A stretch of 32,000 nt of DNA from Pseudoalteromonas translucida KMM 520 (lineage in GTDB: Bacteria > Pseudomonadota > Gammaproteobacteria > Enterobacterales > Alteromonadaceae): assembly GCF_001465295.1 (NCBI RefSeq), contig NZ_CP011034.1:2400001-2432000 (forward strand), given 5' to 3'. Each line of letters opens with the position of its first letter. Position 1 is the first letter of the stretch. Shown here piece after piece: positions 1-9,600 of this stretch. The notes under the pieces were generated by a model, which made no database searches, was not told the DNA's origin, and saw only the letters and a list, made by a program, of their open reading frames with translations. The translations under genes and the position numbers were made by a program.

Positions 1-1
1 T

Positions 2-1804
2 TTAAATACATGCCAGCACTTTACTGACCACCTTGCACGCCAACAAGTTCAAAAACAACTAAACTATGGTGTAAAACGACTACACTTTATTGCCTTTGAA
101 AAACACCCATTAAGTGTAAGCGACTTAAGCAAAATATTAACAGCATGGCCTGAACTTAATTTATTAAGTGAGCAGCTTATCAGCCAGTATCCCATTAATT
201 TAGAAGGCTGCCATCGGCTTGAGTTTAATAATGGGACAATCGTGCTCGACCTATATTTTGGTGATGCACTGGAATCAATTAAAACAATGAGCTATCCGCG
301 CTCAGGCATAGTAGATGCTTGGTTTTTAGATGGTTTTGCACCGAGTAAAAACCCTGACATGTGGCAACAAAGCCTGTTTAATGCCATGGTTAACATTTCA
401 AAAGTAGGAGCCACCCTTGCTACCTTTACCGCTGCTGGCTTTGTTCGCCGTGGGTTAAGCGATGCAGGCTTTACCATGCAAAAAGTTAAAGGGTTCGCGC
501 ACAAACGCAGCATGCTAATTGGCACATTAAAACACACTAACGATACGCAATCGGCGCCAAGCTACTTTAATCACGATGTTAGCCCGCTTAGTAATGTGGC
601 GGTAATTGGTGGTGGTATTGCCAGCAGCTGTATTTTATACAGCCTAGCTAAGCGAGGTATTAGCAGCCAATTATTTTGCCAAGATGCAGCACCCGCTATG
701 GGTGCATCGCACAACGTGCAAGGGGCGGTATACCCACATTTACAAGCAAAAAACTCTCCACACAGCGAGTTATTTGCGCATAGCTTTTTATATGCCAAAC
801 GGCTTTATAAACAGTTACTCAATGATGGTTTTAGTTTTGATCATAGCTGGTGTGGTGTATTGCAGCATGCAGTAAAACAGCCACTCGCTGATCGCCATGA
901 AAATTTAGCCCAACAGCAATTATGGCCACAAACATTAATGCGTAACGTAACCGCAGAGCAAGGAGATACTATAGCCGGAGTTACTACTGGTTATTCTGGC
1001 GTATATTTTGAACAAGGTGGCTGGGTAAACCCACCACAACTAGTTAATGCTATGTTGAGCGCCGCCCATTGTTTGTCGCCTTATAAAAGTACTTTTAACT
1101 GCCCTATAGAACAATTAGAAAAAACCAGCAACGGCTGGCTACTATTTAGTAACGGCAAACAGTTTGGCCCCTTTAGCGATGTTATTATATGCGCAGGTGA
1201 GCACAGCGATGCATTTGCACAAACCAAAGCATTGCCCATCGTTGGCGTGCGCGGACAAGTATCGCATGTGCAGGCAAGTGAGCAGTCAAAAAAACTAAAA
1301 ACGGTGTTGTGCCATAAAGGCTATTTTACACCCGCTTATTTAGATCATCATTGCATGGGCGCAACGTTTGAAAAAAACACTAAAAGCCGACAAATCACTG
1401 AGCAAGACAACCTTACAAATCGCGAGCAATTACTCAACTTTTACGGCCACTGTCACTTTGCAACTAGCTTAGGCAATATAACCGCGGCAAAAGCCGCAGT
1501 GCGCTGTAGCTTTATTGATCACTTACCTATGGCGGGAGAGTGGGCAGAGCAAAGCGATTACCTAACTGCCTTTGCTAATTTACGTTTAGGTAAACGCTAT
1601 CAGTACCAAGCCCTGAGTAAAAAACAACAAGGGCTACATATTTTCACCGGCTTTGGTGCACGTGCTTTATGCAGTGCGCCACTTTGCAGTGAACACTTAA
1701 TTAGCAGTTTAAGCAACGAGCCGCGCCCGCTCAGCGAGCGTGTAAGCCAAGCTATTCACCCAGCTCGTTTTATAGTGCGTGATTTAATTCGTAATAAAAT
1801 TTAA
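2..1804 (+). CDS. mnmC: Bifunctional tRNA mnm5s2U34 methyltransferase / FAD-dependent cmnm5s2U34 oxidoreductase MnmC, 5'-truncated by the window edge
   Basis: The frame of the 242..1804 ORF stays open back to nt 2 (..HFIAFEKHPLSVSDL..). The motif DAWFLDGFAPSKNPDMW is near-identical to the E. coli MnmC signature. It is followed by the Rossmann motif VAVIGGGIASS of the DAO-type oxidase domain. Confidence 0.85.
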   Translation, partial: LNTCQHFTDHLARQQVQKQLNYGVKRLHFIAFEKHPLSVSDLSKILTAWPELNLLSEQLISQYPINLEGCHRLEFNNGTIVLDLYFGDALESIKTMSYPRSGIVDAWFLDGFAPSKNPDMWQQSLFNAMVNISKVGATLATFTAAGFVRRGLSDAGFTMQKVKGFAHKRSMLIGTLKHTNDTQSAPSYFNHDVSPLSNVAVIGGGIASSCILYSLAKRGISSQLFCQDAAPAMGASHNVQGAVYPHLQAKNSPHSELFAHSFLYAKRLYKQLLNDGFSFDHSWCGVLQHAVKQPLADRHENLAQQQLWPQTLMRNVTAEQGDTIAGVTTGYSGVYFEQGGWVNPPQLVNAMLSAAHCLSPYKSTFNCPIEQLEKTSNGWLLFSNGKQFGPFSDVIICAGEHSDAFAQTKALPIVGVRGQVSHVQASEQSKKLKTVLCHKGYFTPAYLDHHCMGATFEKNTKSRQITEQDNLTNREQLLNFYGHCHFATSLGNITAAKAAVRCSFIDHLPMAGEWAEQSDYLTAFANLRLGKRYQYQALSKKQQGLHIFTGFGARALCSAPLCSEHLISSLSNEPRPLSERVSQAIHPARFIVRDLIRNKI

Positions 1805-1883
1805 TCAGTTAGCTATACTTGAAAGGTATACCAACGGGTCACGATCTACTGTAAGCTGAAATAGCAAACAAATTTAGGAGTTA

Positions 1884-2522
1884 ATGATGAGTAAAACCTT
1901 AATTATTGGCGCTAGCGGGCAAATTGGTAAAATGACTACCGAGTTATTACTCCAGCATGAGCATAATGTAATCGCTTTAGTGCGCAATAAAAATAAACTA
2001 AGTGATTTAAATAGCGTACATTTAACTATTATCGAACAAGATTTAGAAAGCGATTTTAGTGACGTAGTAAAAGACTGTGAGCAAGTTATATTTGTTGCTG
2101 GCTCAGGTGGTGGTACAGGTGCTGATAAAACCTTATTAATTGATCTGTGGGCTGCCACTAAGGCCATTAACTTTTCAAAAGAGCACGGTGTTAAACACTT
2201 TATTATGGTGAGCTCGTTAGGTGCTGACGATCCTGATGCAATTCAAAGTGATCTGAAACCTTACCTAGTAGCTAAACATATGGCAGACAGATACCTAATA
2301 AATAGCGGCCTTAGTTATACTATTTTACGACCGGGTGCATTAACCAACGAGACTGCATCAATGCTTATTAGCACAACACGACCAAGTGATCGTTCAAATG
2401 CAAAAATAAGCAGAGAAAACGTTGCTCATGTTTTATTTAACATTGCGCAAAACCAATGTAATAGCAGTTGCATTTTTGAGCTTTTTGATGGCGATAGCCC
2501 TATTAAAGCTGCGGTAAAATAA
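1884..2522 (+). CDS. NAD(P)-binding atypical short-chain dehydrogenase (NmrA/YhfK-like)
   Basis: N-terminal dinucleotide-binding motif IIGASGQIGK, about 210 aa, overall layout of NAD(P)H-binding (SDR_a5-like) proteins. An AGGAG sequence lies upstream of the ATG. Confidence 0.65.
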   Translation: MMSKTLIIGASGQIGKMTTELLLQHEHNVIALVRNKNKLSDLNSVHLTIIEQDLESDFSDVVKDCEQVIFVAGSGGGTGADKTLLIDLWAATKAINFSKEHGVKHFIMVSSLGADDPDAIQSDLKPYLVAKHMADRYLINSGLSYTILRPGALTNETASMLISTTRPSDRSNAKISRENVAHVLFNIAQNQCNSSCIFELFDGDSPIKAAVK

Positions 2523-2527
2523 TCCGC

Positions 2528-3286
2528 CTATAACAATATTTCACTTATGCCTTGCCAAGCTAATTGGCAAGCCATAAGTGTTAATATAACCTTAAAAATA
2601 GCTTTAAAACGTGCTGTAGGCATGCGTTTAAGTAAATAAATACCTAACCAAGTGCCTAGCGCACCACTGGCAATCATACCTATCACCAATGGCAACCATT
2701 GCCAAAAGCTAAACCCAATAACAGTATAAACAAACGCCTTTAACACATGCTGTAGGGTCATAATGCTAGAAAACGTTGCAGTGAACTTTAATTTGTCGTA
2801 ATTATTAATATGCAAATAACTCGCTACTAGCGGCCCACTTGCGCCAACAAACATAGAAATAAATGCCGTTATTAAACCCGCAACTAAACGCCCCAACCTT
2901 GAGTCGTTTTTAAATTTAGGCGTTTTACCCCACAATAAATAAACCACAAATACCGCAACCGCCAACTTCATACCATCTAACTGAATATCATTAACTACAG
3001 TGCTAGAGATGCCAGCGCCAAGCAACCCGCCAAGCGTAAAGTAAATAAACATACTTTTATCTATGTGCTTAATACTCAACACTAGTCTGTTTGCATTCGA
3101 TCCTAATTGTACCAAGCCATGCACTGGCACCACGACCGCCATTGGCATAATTGATGCCATAACAACTAATAACATCAGCCCGCCACCGGCACCAAACGCG
3201 GCAGATACAAACGATGTAAAGCCTGCAAGTACAATAAGTAACAGTGCTATACAGGGAGTAACAAACTCTGTAGCCAATAAATCCAT
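2528..3286 (-). CDS. TauE/SafE (DUF81) family anion/sulfite exporter-type membrane protein
   Basis: 252 aa and entirely hydrophobic, with about 7-8 TM helices. It has a two-fold internal repeat of G-rich helices (GAGGGLMLLV.. / GASGPLVASY..) typical of TauE/SafE permeases. Confidence 0.65.
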   Translation of the reverse strand: MDLLATEFVTPCIALLLIVLAGFTSFVSAAFGAGGGLMLLVVMASIMPMAVVVPVHGLVQLGSNANRLVLSIKHIDKSMFIYFTLGGLLGAGISSTVVNDIQLDGMKLAVAVFVVYLLWGKTPKFKNDSRLGRLVAGLITAFISMFVGASGPLVASYLHINNYDKLKFTATFSSIMTLQHVLKAFVYTVIGFSFWQWLPLVIGMIASGALGTWLGIYLLKRMPTARFKAIFKVILTLMACQLAWQGISEILL

Positions 3287-3883
3287 ATTTATGCTCTAGG
3301 GTGAATAACACCTTATATTGAGGCTTATTTTAGTGATTTTGTATAACCATTAGGTATAACACGCATAGTTTAAATTGCGCTCACAAAATATAAGTATTGT
3401 GTAAAAGCCGCGTGCACATTAAGGCTCAGCATTAAGTTAAAAATATGCTTACAACAATTTATTGTAGATTCAACTTTAAAGTTAATAGCCCGCTATAAAT
3501 TAGCCAAAACGCGTAACTAATAAAAATGAACTGTCCCTTTATCTATTCAACTTTTAACAATTACACCCAACTTTGCTTGTTGTAAAAAAATACAATCACA
3601 CAAAATCTAATGAATAAGAACTACTTTATGACTGTGTTTGCTGCAAAATAGTATACAAACTTAAAATATGCATCTTGATTGGTAACCGGTATATGCTAAG
3701 CTCCTGCCCTCAAAATTAAACTTTGCCTGTTTTTTATAAATGATTTGCTAAGTTGCAAGGTACTGCTTTTGCTTATGGCGCTCTAAAGTTTTGAACTGCT
3801 AATCTGTTGATTACCTCTTCACAGTCAAACTTTGGTTCATGTGCAAACAAAAATATACCGTATTAAAAAGGTTAAATGCGCTT

Positions 3884-5098
3884 ATGAATATTGAAATTTC
3901 TATTATAGAAACCTTGTTAGTTTCTTTGTTAATACTTTTTGCAGGCTATTATCTCAATAGCAAAATTGCTTTTCTTAAAGACAACAACATTCCTGAACCC
4001 GTTGTGGGTGGTATTGCCTTTTCTATTATTGCGGCCATTCTGCACGTTTACTTTGATATTAACTTTCAATTCGATATGACCTTTAAAACCCCATTAATGA
4101 CCATGTTTTTTACCACTGTTGGTTTGGGTGCGAGTTTTAGTTTATTAATTAAAGGCGGTCCTAAAGTCGCGCTGTTTTTGGGCATCGCAACAATTTATTT
4201 ATTGGTACAAAATGCCTTAGGTATATCTATTGCGGTAGCAACCGGTATGGAGCCTTTAATGGGCTTAATTGGCGGCTCTGTAACACTCTCTGGTGGCCAT
4301 GGTAGTGGTGCTACGTACGCTGATTTATTTATTAATGAATATGGCATGCAAAGTAGCGTATTTGAACTGGCAATGGCAGCCGCTACGCTCGGGCTTATTC
4401 TTGGTGGCTTAGTTGGCGGCCCAGTAAGCAGACGCCTCATTAATAAATATAACTTAAAAGCAGATACCTCATATCACGAAGAGCGCGATGACACTGTAAC
4501 CTTCGACCCTGATGATCACGACCTAGTAACACCGCGTAAAATGATGGAAACCTTGTTTGTTATTTTATTATGTATGTACTTAGGCCGTATGGGCTACGAC
4601 GCTTTAAAAGCGATTGACGTTATTTTACCAGCATTTTTAATCCCATTATTATTTGGTGTTTTTATTACTAACCTTACTGAATTTTCTAAAATTTATAAGG
4701 TAAGCCGCGCCTGTATAGACTTATGGGGCACTATGGCACTGTCGATGTTTTTAGCCATGGCTTTAATGTCGTTAAAAATATGGGAGCTGCTAAGTTTAGC
4801 CGGCCCAATGATATTTATGATATTGGTACAAGCCGTTATGCTCATGCTGTTTGCCTACTTTATTACTTTTAGAGTAATGGGTAAAAACTACAACGCCGCA
4901 ATAATAGCGGGCGGTCATTGTGGTTTTGGTTTAGGCGCAACCCCTACCGCAGTAGCAAATATGGAATCTTTAGTATCTCGTTACGGCCCCTCACCACAGG
5001 CATTTTTAGTAGTACCTTTAGTGGGCGCATTCTTCATTGATATTACCAACGCACTCATTATACAGCTGTATTTAAGCTTTCCTTTTATTAGCGGTTAA
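3884..5098 (+). CDS. gltS: Sodium/glutamate symporter GltS
   Basis: A polytopic membrane protein of about 404 aa starting MNIEISIIETLL. It has GltS-like segments (GGSVTLSGGHGSGA, AGGHCGFGLGATPTAVANM). I prefer the ATG at 3884 to the track start at 3839, because the 15 extra residues are basic and non-membrane. Confidence 0.8.
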   Translation: MNIEISIIETLLVSLLILFAGYYLNSKIAFLKDNNIPEPVVGGIAFSIIAAILHVYFDINFQFDMTFKTPLMTMFFTTVGLGASFSLLIKGGPKVALFLGIATIYLLVQNALGISIAVATGMEPLMGLIGGSVTLSGGHGSGATYADLFINEYGMQSSVFELAMAAATLGLILGGLVGGPVSRRLINKYNLKADTSYHEERDDTVTFDPDDHDLVTPRKMMETLFVILLCMYLGRMGYDALKAIDVILPAFLIPLLFGVFITNLTEFSKIYKVSRACIDLWGTMALSMFLAMALMSLKIWELLSLAGPMIFMILVQAVMLMLFAYFITFRVMGKNYNAAIIAGGHCGFGLGATPTAVANMESLVSRYGPSPQAFLVVPLVGAFFIDITNALIIQLYLSFPFISG

Positions 5099-5120
5099 TA
5101 GCCACTTAAGCTATTTTATT

Positions 5121-5135
5121 AAACATTAAGCCAGC
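5121..5135. repeat. 5' arm of a perfect 15-bp hairpin (putative bidirectional terminator between gltS and the convergent GGDEF-EAL gene), now separated from its partner by the IS
   Basis: AAACATTAAGCCAGC is the exact reverse complement of 6552..6566. Removing the IS and one target-duplication copy restores a 15-bp stem with the 6-nt loop CCTAGC. Confidence 0.7.
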
Positions 5136-5144
5136 CCTAGCGCT
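5133..5144. repeat. Target-site duplication, left copy (AGCCCTAGCGCT)
   Basis: The identical 12-mer occurs in direct orientation at 6543..6554, immediately outside both IS ends. A 9-13 bp duplication is typical of the IS4 family. Confidence 0.7.
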
Positions 5145-5161
5145 TAATGCCGATCAGTTAA
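5145..5161. repeat. IS left terminal inverted repeat
   Basis: 15 of 17 matches to the reverse complement of 6526..6542. Confidence 0.65.
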
Positions 5162-5194
5162 GGTTAATTGATCGGTTGACCGATCTAAATGATC
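5152..5194. promoter_or_regulatory. Cluster of four GATC (Dam) sites in the IS left end, overlapping the putative transposase promoter
   Basis: GATC occurs at 5152, 5170, 5182 and 5191, which is 4 sites in 43 bp. Two of them flank or sit inside the -35/-10 spacer of the candidate promoter. Confidence 0.45.
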
Positions 5195-5203
5195 GTGAAT
5201 AAT
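5176..5203 (+). promoter_or_regulatory. Candidate sigma70 promoter of the transposase (TTGACC - 16 nt - AATAAT)
   Basis: TTGACC lies at 5176..5181 and AATAAT at 5198..5203, preceded by TG. The promoter points toward the ATG at 5236. Confidence 0.4.
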
Positions 5204-5235
5204 CCGTAATTAGTTTCGCTAATTACGGATTTTTT
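5201..5235 (+). terminator. Perfect 13-bp stem-loop plus T-run immediately before the transposase ATG (terminator/insulator-like)
   Basis: The sequence is AATCCGTAATTAG-TTTCG-CTAATTACGGATT followed by TTTT, then the ATG at 5236. Confidence 0.55.
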
Positions 5236-6533
5236 ATGGATATTCAAACAGCTCTTTCGACCACTTTCTCATCTGCCGAGGAATTTACAGCGCTTGATAA
5301 CTTATCTGGCATATTAGATCCCGAATTACTTAACCAAGCTTTTGAAAAATCGGGGGTCGCCACCGTTCGTAAACGTCGTTTACCACTCGACGCTGTCGTT
5401 TGGTCTGTGATTGGTATGAGTTTATTTCGTCATGAATCTGTTTGGGATATAGCCTCTAAAATGGACATCGCCTTACCAGGTAAAGGGAAACTAGTTGCCC
5501 CTAGTGCCATGGTTCAAGCGAGACAACGCTTAGGTGAAGGTGCTGTCGAGCAGGTCTTCAAGATGATGGCGTCACGGCATTATAATCATGCCCACTTTGA
5601 TACATTTTGTGGCTTAAATCTATTAGCTGTTGATGGGGTTGTCTTTCGTACACATGATACGCCAGAGAATAAAGACGTATTTGGATGTGGCTCAACCCAG
5701 TATGGTGAAAATACCTATCCGCAAATTCGGATGGTATGCCACATGGAGCTAACGAGTCATCAACTCATTAATTGTGCTTTTAACGGGCAGCATCAAGGGG
5801 AGATGACACTCGCTGAAGAACTCATTGAAGGCACACCGGATAACTCATTAACCTTATTTGATCGCGGTTATTATTCATTAGGGCTTTTGCATCGTTGGCA
5901 TCAAGCAGGGACTGAAAGACACTGGATGATACCATAAAGAAAATGAGTAAAAATGACCAGTTAGTGCGTCTTAAAACATCGCCACAAGCGCGAAAAAAGT
6001 TTACTGACTTGCCAGAGTTTATAGAAGCTCGGCTGCTTACCTACACGCATAATAATAAGCAGTATCAGATTCTTACATCAATGCTTGATGTAATGCGTTA
6101 CCCATCAAAAGAAATAGCTGATTTGTACATGCATCGCTGGGAAATAGAAATAGGATATCGAGAAATAAAACAAACGATGCTGCACTCAAACTATATCCTA
6201 CGCTCAAAAAGGCCGGATATGATAAGGCAAGAATTGTGGGGGTTACTAATTGCCTACAATATTATAAGAATAGCCATGCGTGAGGCGGCAGAGTTACTGG
6301 AAGTATGGCCAAATCAACTGAGTTTTTCTCATTGTTCAAGGCATATCAACGTATTTCTGTTAACTATCCCACTGACAAGTCCGGGAAATTTACCAAAACA
6401 CTATGAGCATTTATTAGAAACGCTGACGCTATTTCAGTTACCGACAAGGCGTCATGAGCGCAGCTTTCCACGATGTGTGAAAAAGAAACCATCTAAATAT
6501 CCGTATAAAAAAAAGCCAGTCAGTGTTAACTGA
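5236..6533 (+). pseudogene. IS4-family DDE transposase, interrupted by a frameshift near 5934-5937
   Basis: ORF 5236..5937 (frame 1) contains ..LAVDGVVF.. and ..[11 protein letters not shown]... The continuation is in another frame, open from 5916 (track ORF 5943..6533), and contains YMHRWEIEIGYREIKQ. Together they give about 430 aa, the normal IS4-family size. A 1-nt deletion after CCA (5932..5934) would explain the break. Confidence 0.75.
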
Positions 6534-6542
6534 CTGGCATTA
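6526..6542. repeat. IS right terminal inverted repeat (contains the transposase stop codon)
   Basis: The sequence is TTAACTGACTGGCATTA. It is also part of a 10-bp hairpin, GCCAGTCAGT-GTTA-ACTGACTGGC, at 6515..6538. Confidence 0.65.
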
Positions 6543-6554
6543 AGCCCTAGCGCT
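6543..6554. repeat. Target-site duplication, right copy (AGCCCTAGCGCT)
   Basis: Identical to 5133..5144. Confidence 0.7.
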
Positions 6555-6566
6555 GGCTTAATGTTT
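6552..6566. repeat. 3' arm of the split 15-bp hairpin
   Basis: GCTGGCTTAATGTTT is the exact reverse complement of 5121..5135. Confidence 0.7.
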
Positions 6567-6621
6567 ACTACAAAAAAAGTGCTCATCATTAAAATAGCAG
6601 ACAAAATAAACTTTCTAACTA

Positions 6622-9600
6622 TCAGCTATTTTCAGCAGAGCCACTGGGCTCTGATGGAAAATCAGTAACGGCCGCATTTTGAATTAATAACCGCTTTGCA
6701 TCTGCAAACGGAACAGGCCTAGAATACAAAAAACCTTGTACTAAATCGTCTTTATACTGCAGTAATAAACTGGCTTGCTCTTCAGTTTCTACCCCCTCAG
6801 TAACAACCTTCATACCCATAGAGTGAGCTAATGAGTATATGTTACGCAATACTAACAGTGATGCCTTTTGTTCCGATGCTAAATTAATAATGCTCCGATC
6901 TATTTTTAAAGTGGATATAGGATATTTAGTTAAATAACTTAACGAAGAATACCCAGAGCCAAAATCGTCTAAAGCAATACTCACCCCTATATTTTTTAAA
7001 TTAGTTAATAGCGTGTAAGTTTTATCGCTCTCGTCCATTAAAGAAGACTCAGTGATCTCCAGTTCCAATTTTTCCGCAGGTAACGAACTGCTTTTAAGCG
7101 CATTGCGCACAATATTTACTATATCGCTAGTATGTAACTGCTTGGGAGAAACATTAACTGACACATTTCCCTTTAACAGTCCTCTGGCATGTAAATCTGC
7201 GGCTTGTTCGCATGCAGTTTCAATTACCCATTTACCAATCTGGGCTATGGAACCATTATTTTCAGCCTCATCTATAAACTTATCAGGAGGTATTAAACCC
7301 TCGACCGGATGGATCCAACGAATTAATGCTTCAAAACCCTCTATACAACGGTTGATTGGGTTTAATTTAGGTTGATAATATAATTCGAACTCTTGATTAC
7401 GTAATGCATCTTTTAGATTAGTTTTAATTTTAATTGTTTCAGCTAACTTATTTTTGAGCAGCGAATTAAAAAAATAAGCCTGATTTCTCCCGGCTTTTTT
7501 AGCGGCATACATAGCACTATCTGCGTGAATAAATAATTCGTGTTCATTGTTGCCGTCTTTTGGATAAATGGCTACTCCTAAGCTTGCTGACCCGCTCACA
7601 GTTACATCATCAAATTGATACGGCTTACACAGATTACTCGTTATAAGGCCAATCACTTTAAAATAATCTTTGTCATGCTGATTGAGGTTAAGTAACAGCA
7701 CAAATTCATCTCCTCCTAATCGCGCTAGATACCCCTGCTCTCCCACACTTTCTTGCATTCTTTTAGATGCCTGCTTTATATATTCATCACCCACCTTATG
7801 ACCATAAATATCATTTGCATCTTTTAAATTATCTAAGTCAAGAACGACCAAAGCAAAATCACATTTTGGTAAAGAAACTAAATCACTAACTTTTTGCTGA
7901 AAATCAAATCTATTAGGTAGGCCTGTTAACGTATCGTGGCGCAGTTGATACTCTAAGACTCTTAGTTGTTTGCGCCTGCTAAGAATAAACAACAAAATAA
8001 TAAATCCAATAAGAAATAATAGGCTAGCGAGCATGTAATACCAATATGGAATAGCAATATAAACATCTAACCGAGCAACATTATTACTCCATAAATTATC
8101 GCTATTAGTGCCTTTAACTTCAAAGGTATAATACCCTGGTAAAAGGTTACTATAAAAAGCTTGGGGAGTAGTGCTTACATTGCTCCAGCGGTCATCAAAT
8201 CCTAACAATCTATAACTAAAACTATTATTTTCTGAGTTAACGTAATCAAGCGCGGCAAAATGAAACTCAATATTTCCGTCTGCTAATTTTTGAATGTAAT
8301 TATCAGCCATACTTTTTTTATTTATACTTTGGTACACACTTTCTTTATTCGATAATACTTTAGTAATTTCGACTTGCGGAGAATATTGGCTTAACGCTAT
8401 TTCATTGGTGTCTACTTCAACTAAACCTTTCGATGAACTAATCAACAACTTATTGCCTGATAAATATGCGCTGGCAAACATAAACTTTAAGTTATTAATA
8501 TTAAATAAGTTTTTAAATATCTGAACGTCTTGCGATGCGATAGTAAACTTTATTAAGTCGCGGTTACTGGTAAGCCAAATTGTCTGCTCGCTCACAGCAA
8601 GCGCCGTAATTTCATTACTTGGCATTCCTTGCTCGGTAGTGAAATAAGTGATGTCTACCTCTACTGAATCAGCTTTGGTCTGTATTTTAACTAAACCTAA
8701 CCCTTGTGTTGCAATCCAAAACACCCCCTCTTTACCTTCTCGAATAGAAGAAACCCTAATATATTCACGCTTAGCTACGGTACCACCTAATTTATAATGC
8801 TGGTAAGCGCCACTTTCACGATTCACCCTAAACACCCCGTCCGTAGTGGCCATCCATATTTCACCGCGTAAAGACAAAATAGTTTCGTTTGTAAAGTTCC
8901 CCTCTTTGGTATAATTACTCTCATTGGTATGCATAAAACGTTTGATAACGCCTTGATCTGGATGAAATAAACTTAACCCCACATTATTGTAACCAGTAAA
9001 CCAAACCCCTCCCTTTGGCTCAGCTAAAACAGTGTAAATTGACTGGTTTGGTAGCTCAAACTTATTATCTTTAGCATTACTAAAAAAGTGGAGAGCTTGT
9101 TGTTTTATATCAAATAGCGCCAAACCAGAACTTGCAGCCATCCATATTTCACTTTTGCTACTAGCAAAAGACCAAATATCTTCAACTTTTACAGAATCAG
9201 AATTCAAAACGTTTAAAAAATTAGGCGTGATCTCTCGGCTGATATTGTTTATTAAATCAATACCGCCATCACTAGAAACTAAAGTGTTGTTTTCTTTATG
9301 CGGCGTGGCAGTAAATACAAAGCTTCCAGAGAGCCCTTTTCCATGTGGCAGTGCTCTGTAAATATGAACGCCACGTTGCTGAGGAGATAATTTTGAGACA
9401 CCGGAGTCAGTCCCAATCCAGACAATACCACTCTTATCCTGATAAATATTTCTGATAGTGTTACTAACAATAGAATAAGCATCGAATTGTCTATTTTGCA
9501 CCGATGAAATATTACCCGATGCTAAATTTAATACCGACATACCTTTAGTGTAATGCCCAACCCATAATTGATCTTTGCTTACTTGCTCGATAGAACTAAC

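Larger units (their letters stand above)
5145..6542 (+). mobile_element. IS4-family insertion sequence (about 1398 bp) with a frameshifted DDE transposase
   Basis: The terminal inverted repeats are TAATGCCGATCAGTTAA (5145..5161) and the reverse complement of 6526..6542, TAATGCCAGTCAGTTAA, matching at 15 of 17 positions. The element is flanked by a 12-bp direct repeat. The internal ORFs carry IS4-type DDE motifs, including YMHRWEIEIGYREIKQ (the Y-2-R-3-E-6-K signature). Confidence 0.75.

Noticed and set aside
292-875. Small ORFs (81, 75 and 63 aa) overlapping mnmC. The same applies to the short ORFs inside the TauE gene, gltS, the GGDEF-EAL gene, rnt, motY, tyrP, ggt, the TBDR gene, the usher gene and the thiolase gene.
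   Set aside because: All are nested in or antisense to longer ORFs with recognisable family motifs. None has independent support.
3839-3883. Upstream alternative start codons offered by the ORF track: gltS at 3839, the lipoprotein at 19569 and the tip subunit at 24191.
   Set aside because: The extensions add non-signal, non-membrane residues or overlap neighbouring genes. The internal ATGs at 3884, 19719 and 24161 give proper N-terminal TM, lipobox and signal sequences, and 24161 also has a good RBS.
5925-5945. Programmed -1 ribosomal frameshift joining the two transposase ORFs.
   Set aside because: The IS4 family is not known to use frameshifting, and I saw no canonical X-XXY-YYZ slippery heptamer followed by a downstream structure. 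A simple 1-nt deletion or a sequencing error explains the break more economically.
5121-6566. A 31-bp near-perfect (29 of 31) inverted repeat at 5121..5151 and 6536..6566, which I first read as the terminal inverted repeats of the IS.
   Set aside because: The central 12 nt are identical in direct orientation, which is a target duplication. The outer 15 nt pair with each other to rebuild a host hairpin once the IS is removed. The real IS ends are the 17-bp TAATGCC.. repeats just inside the duplication.
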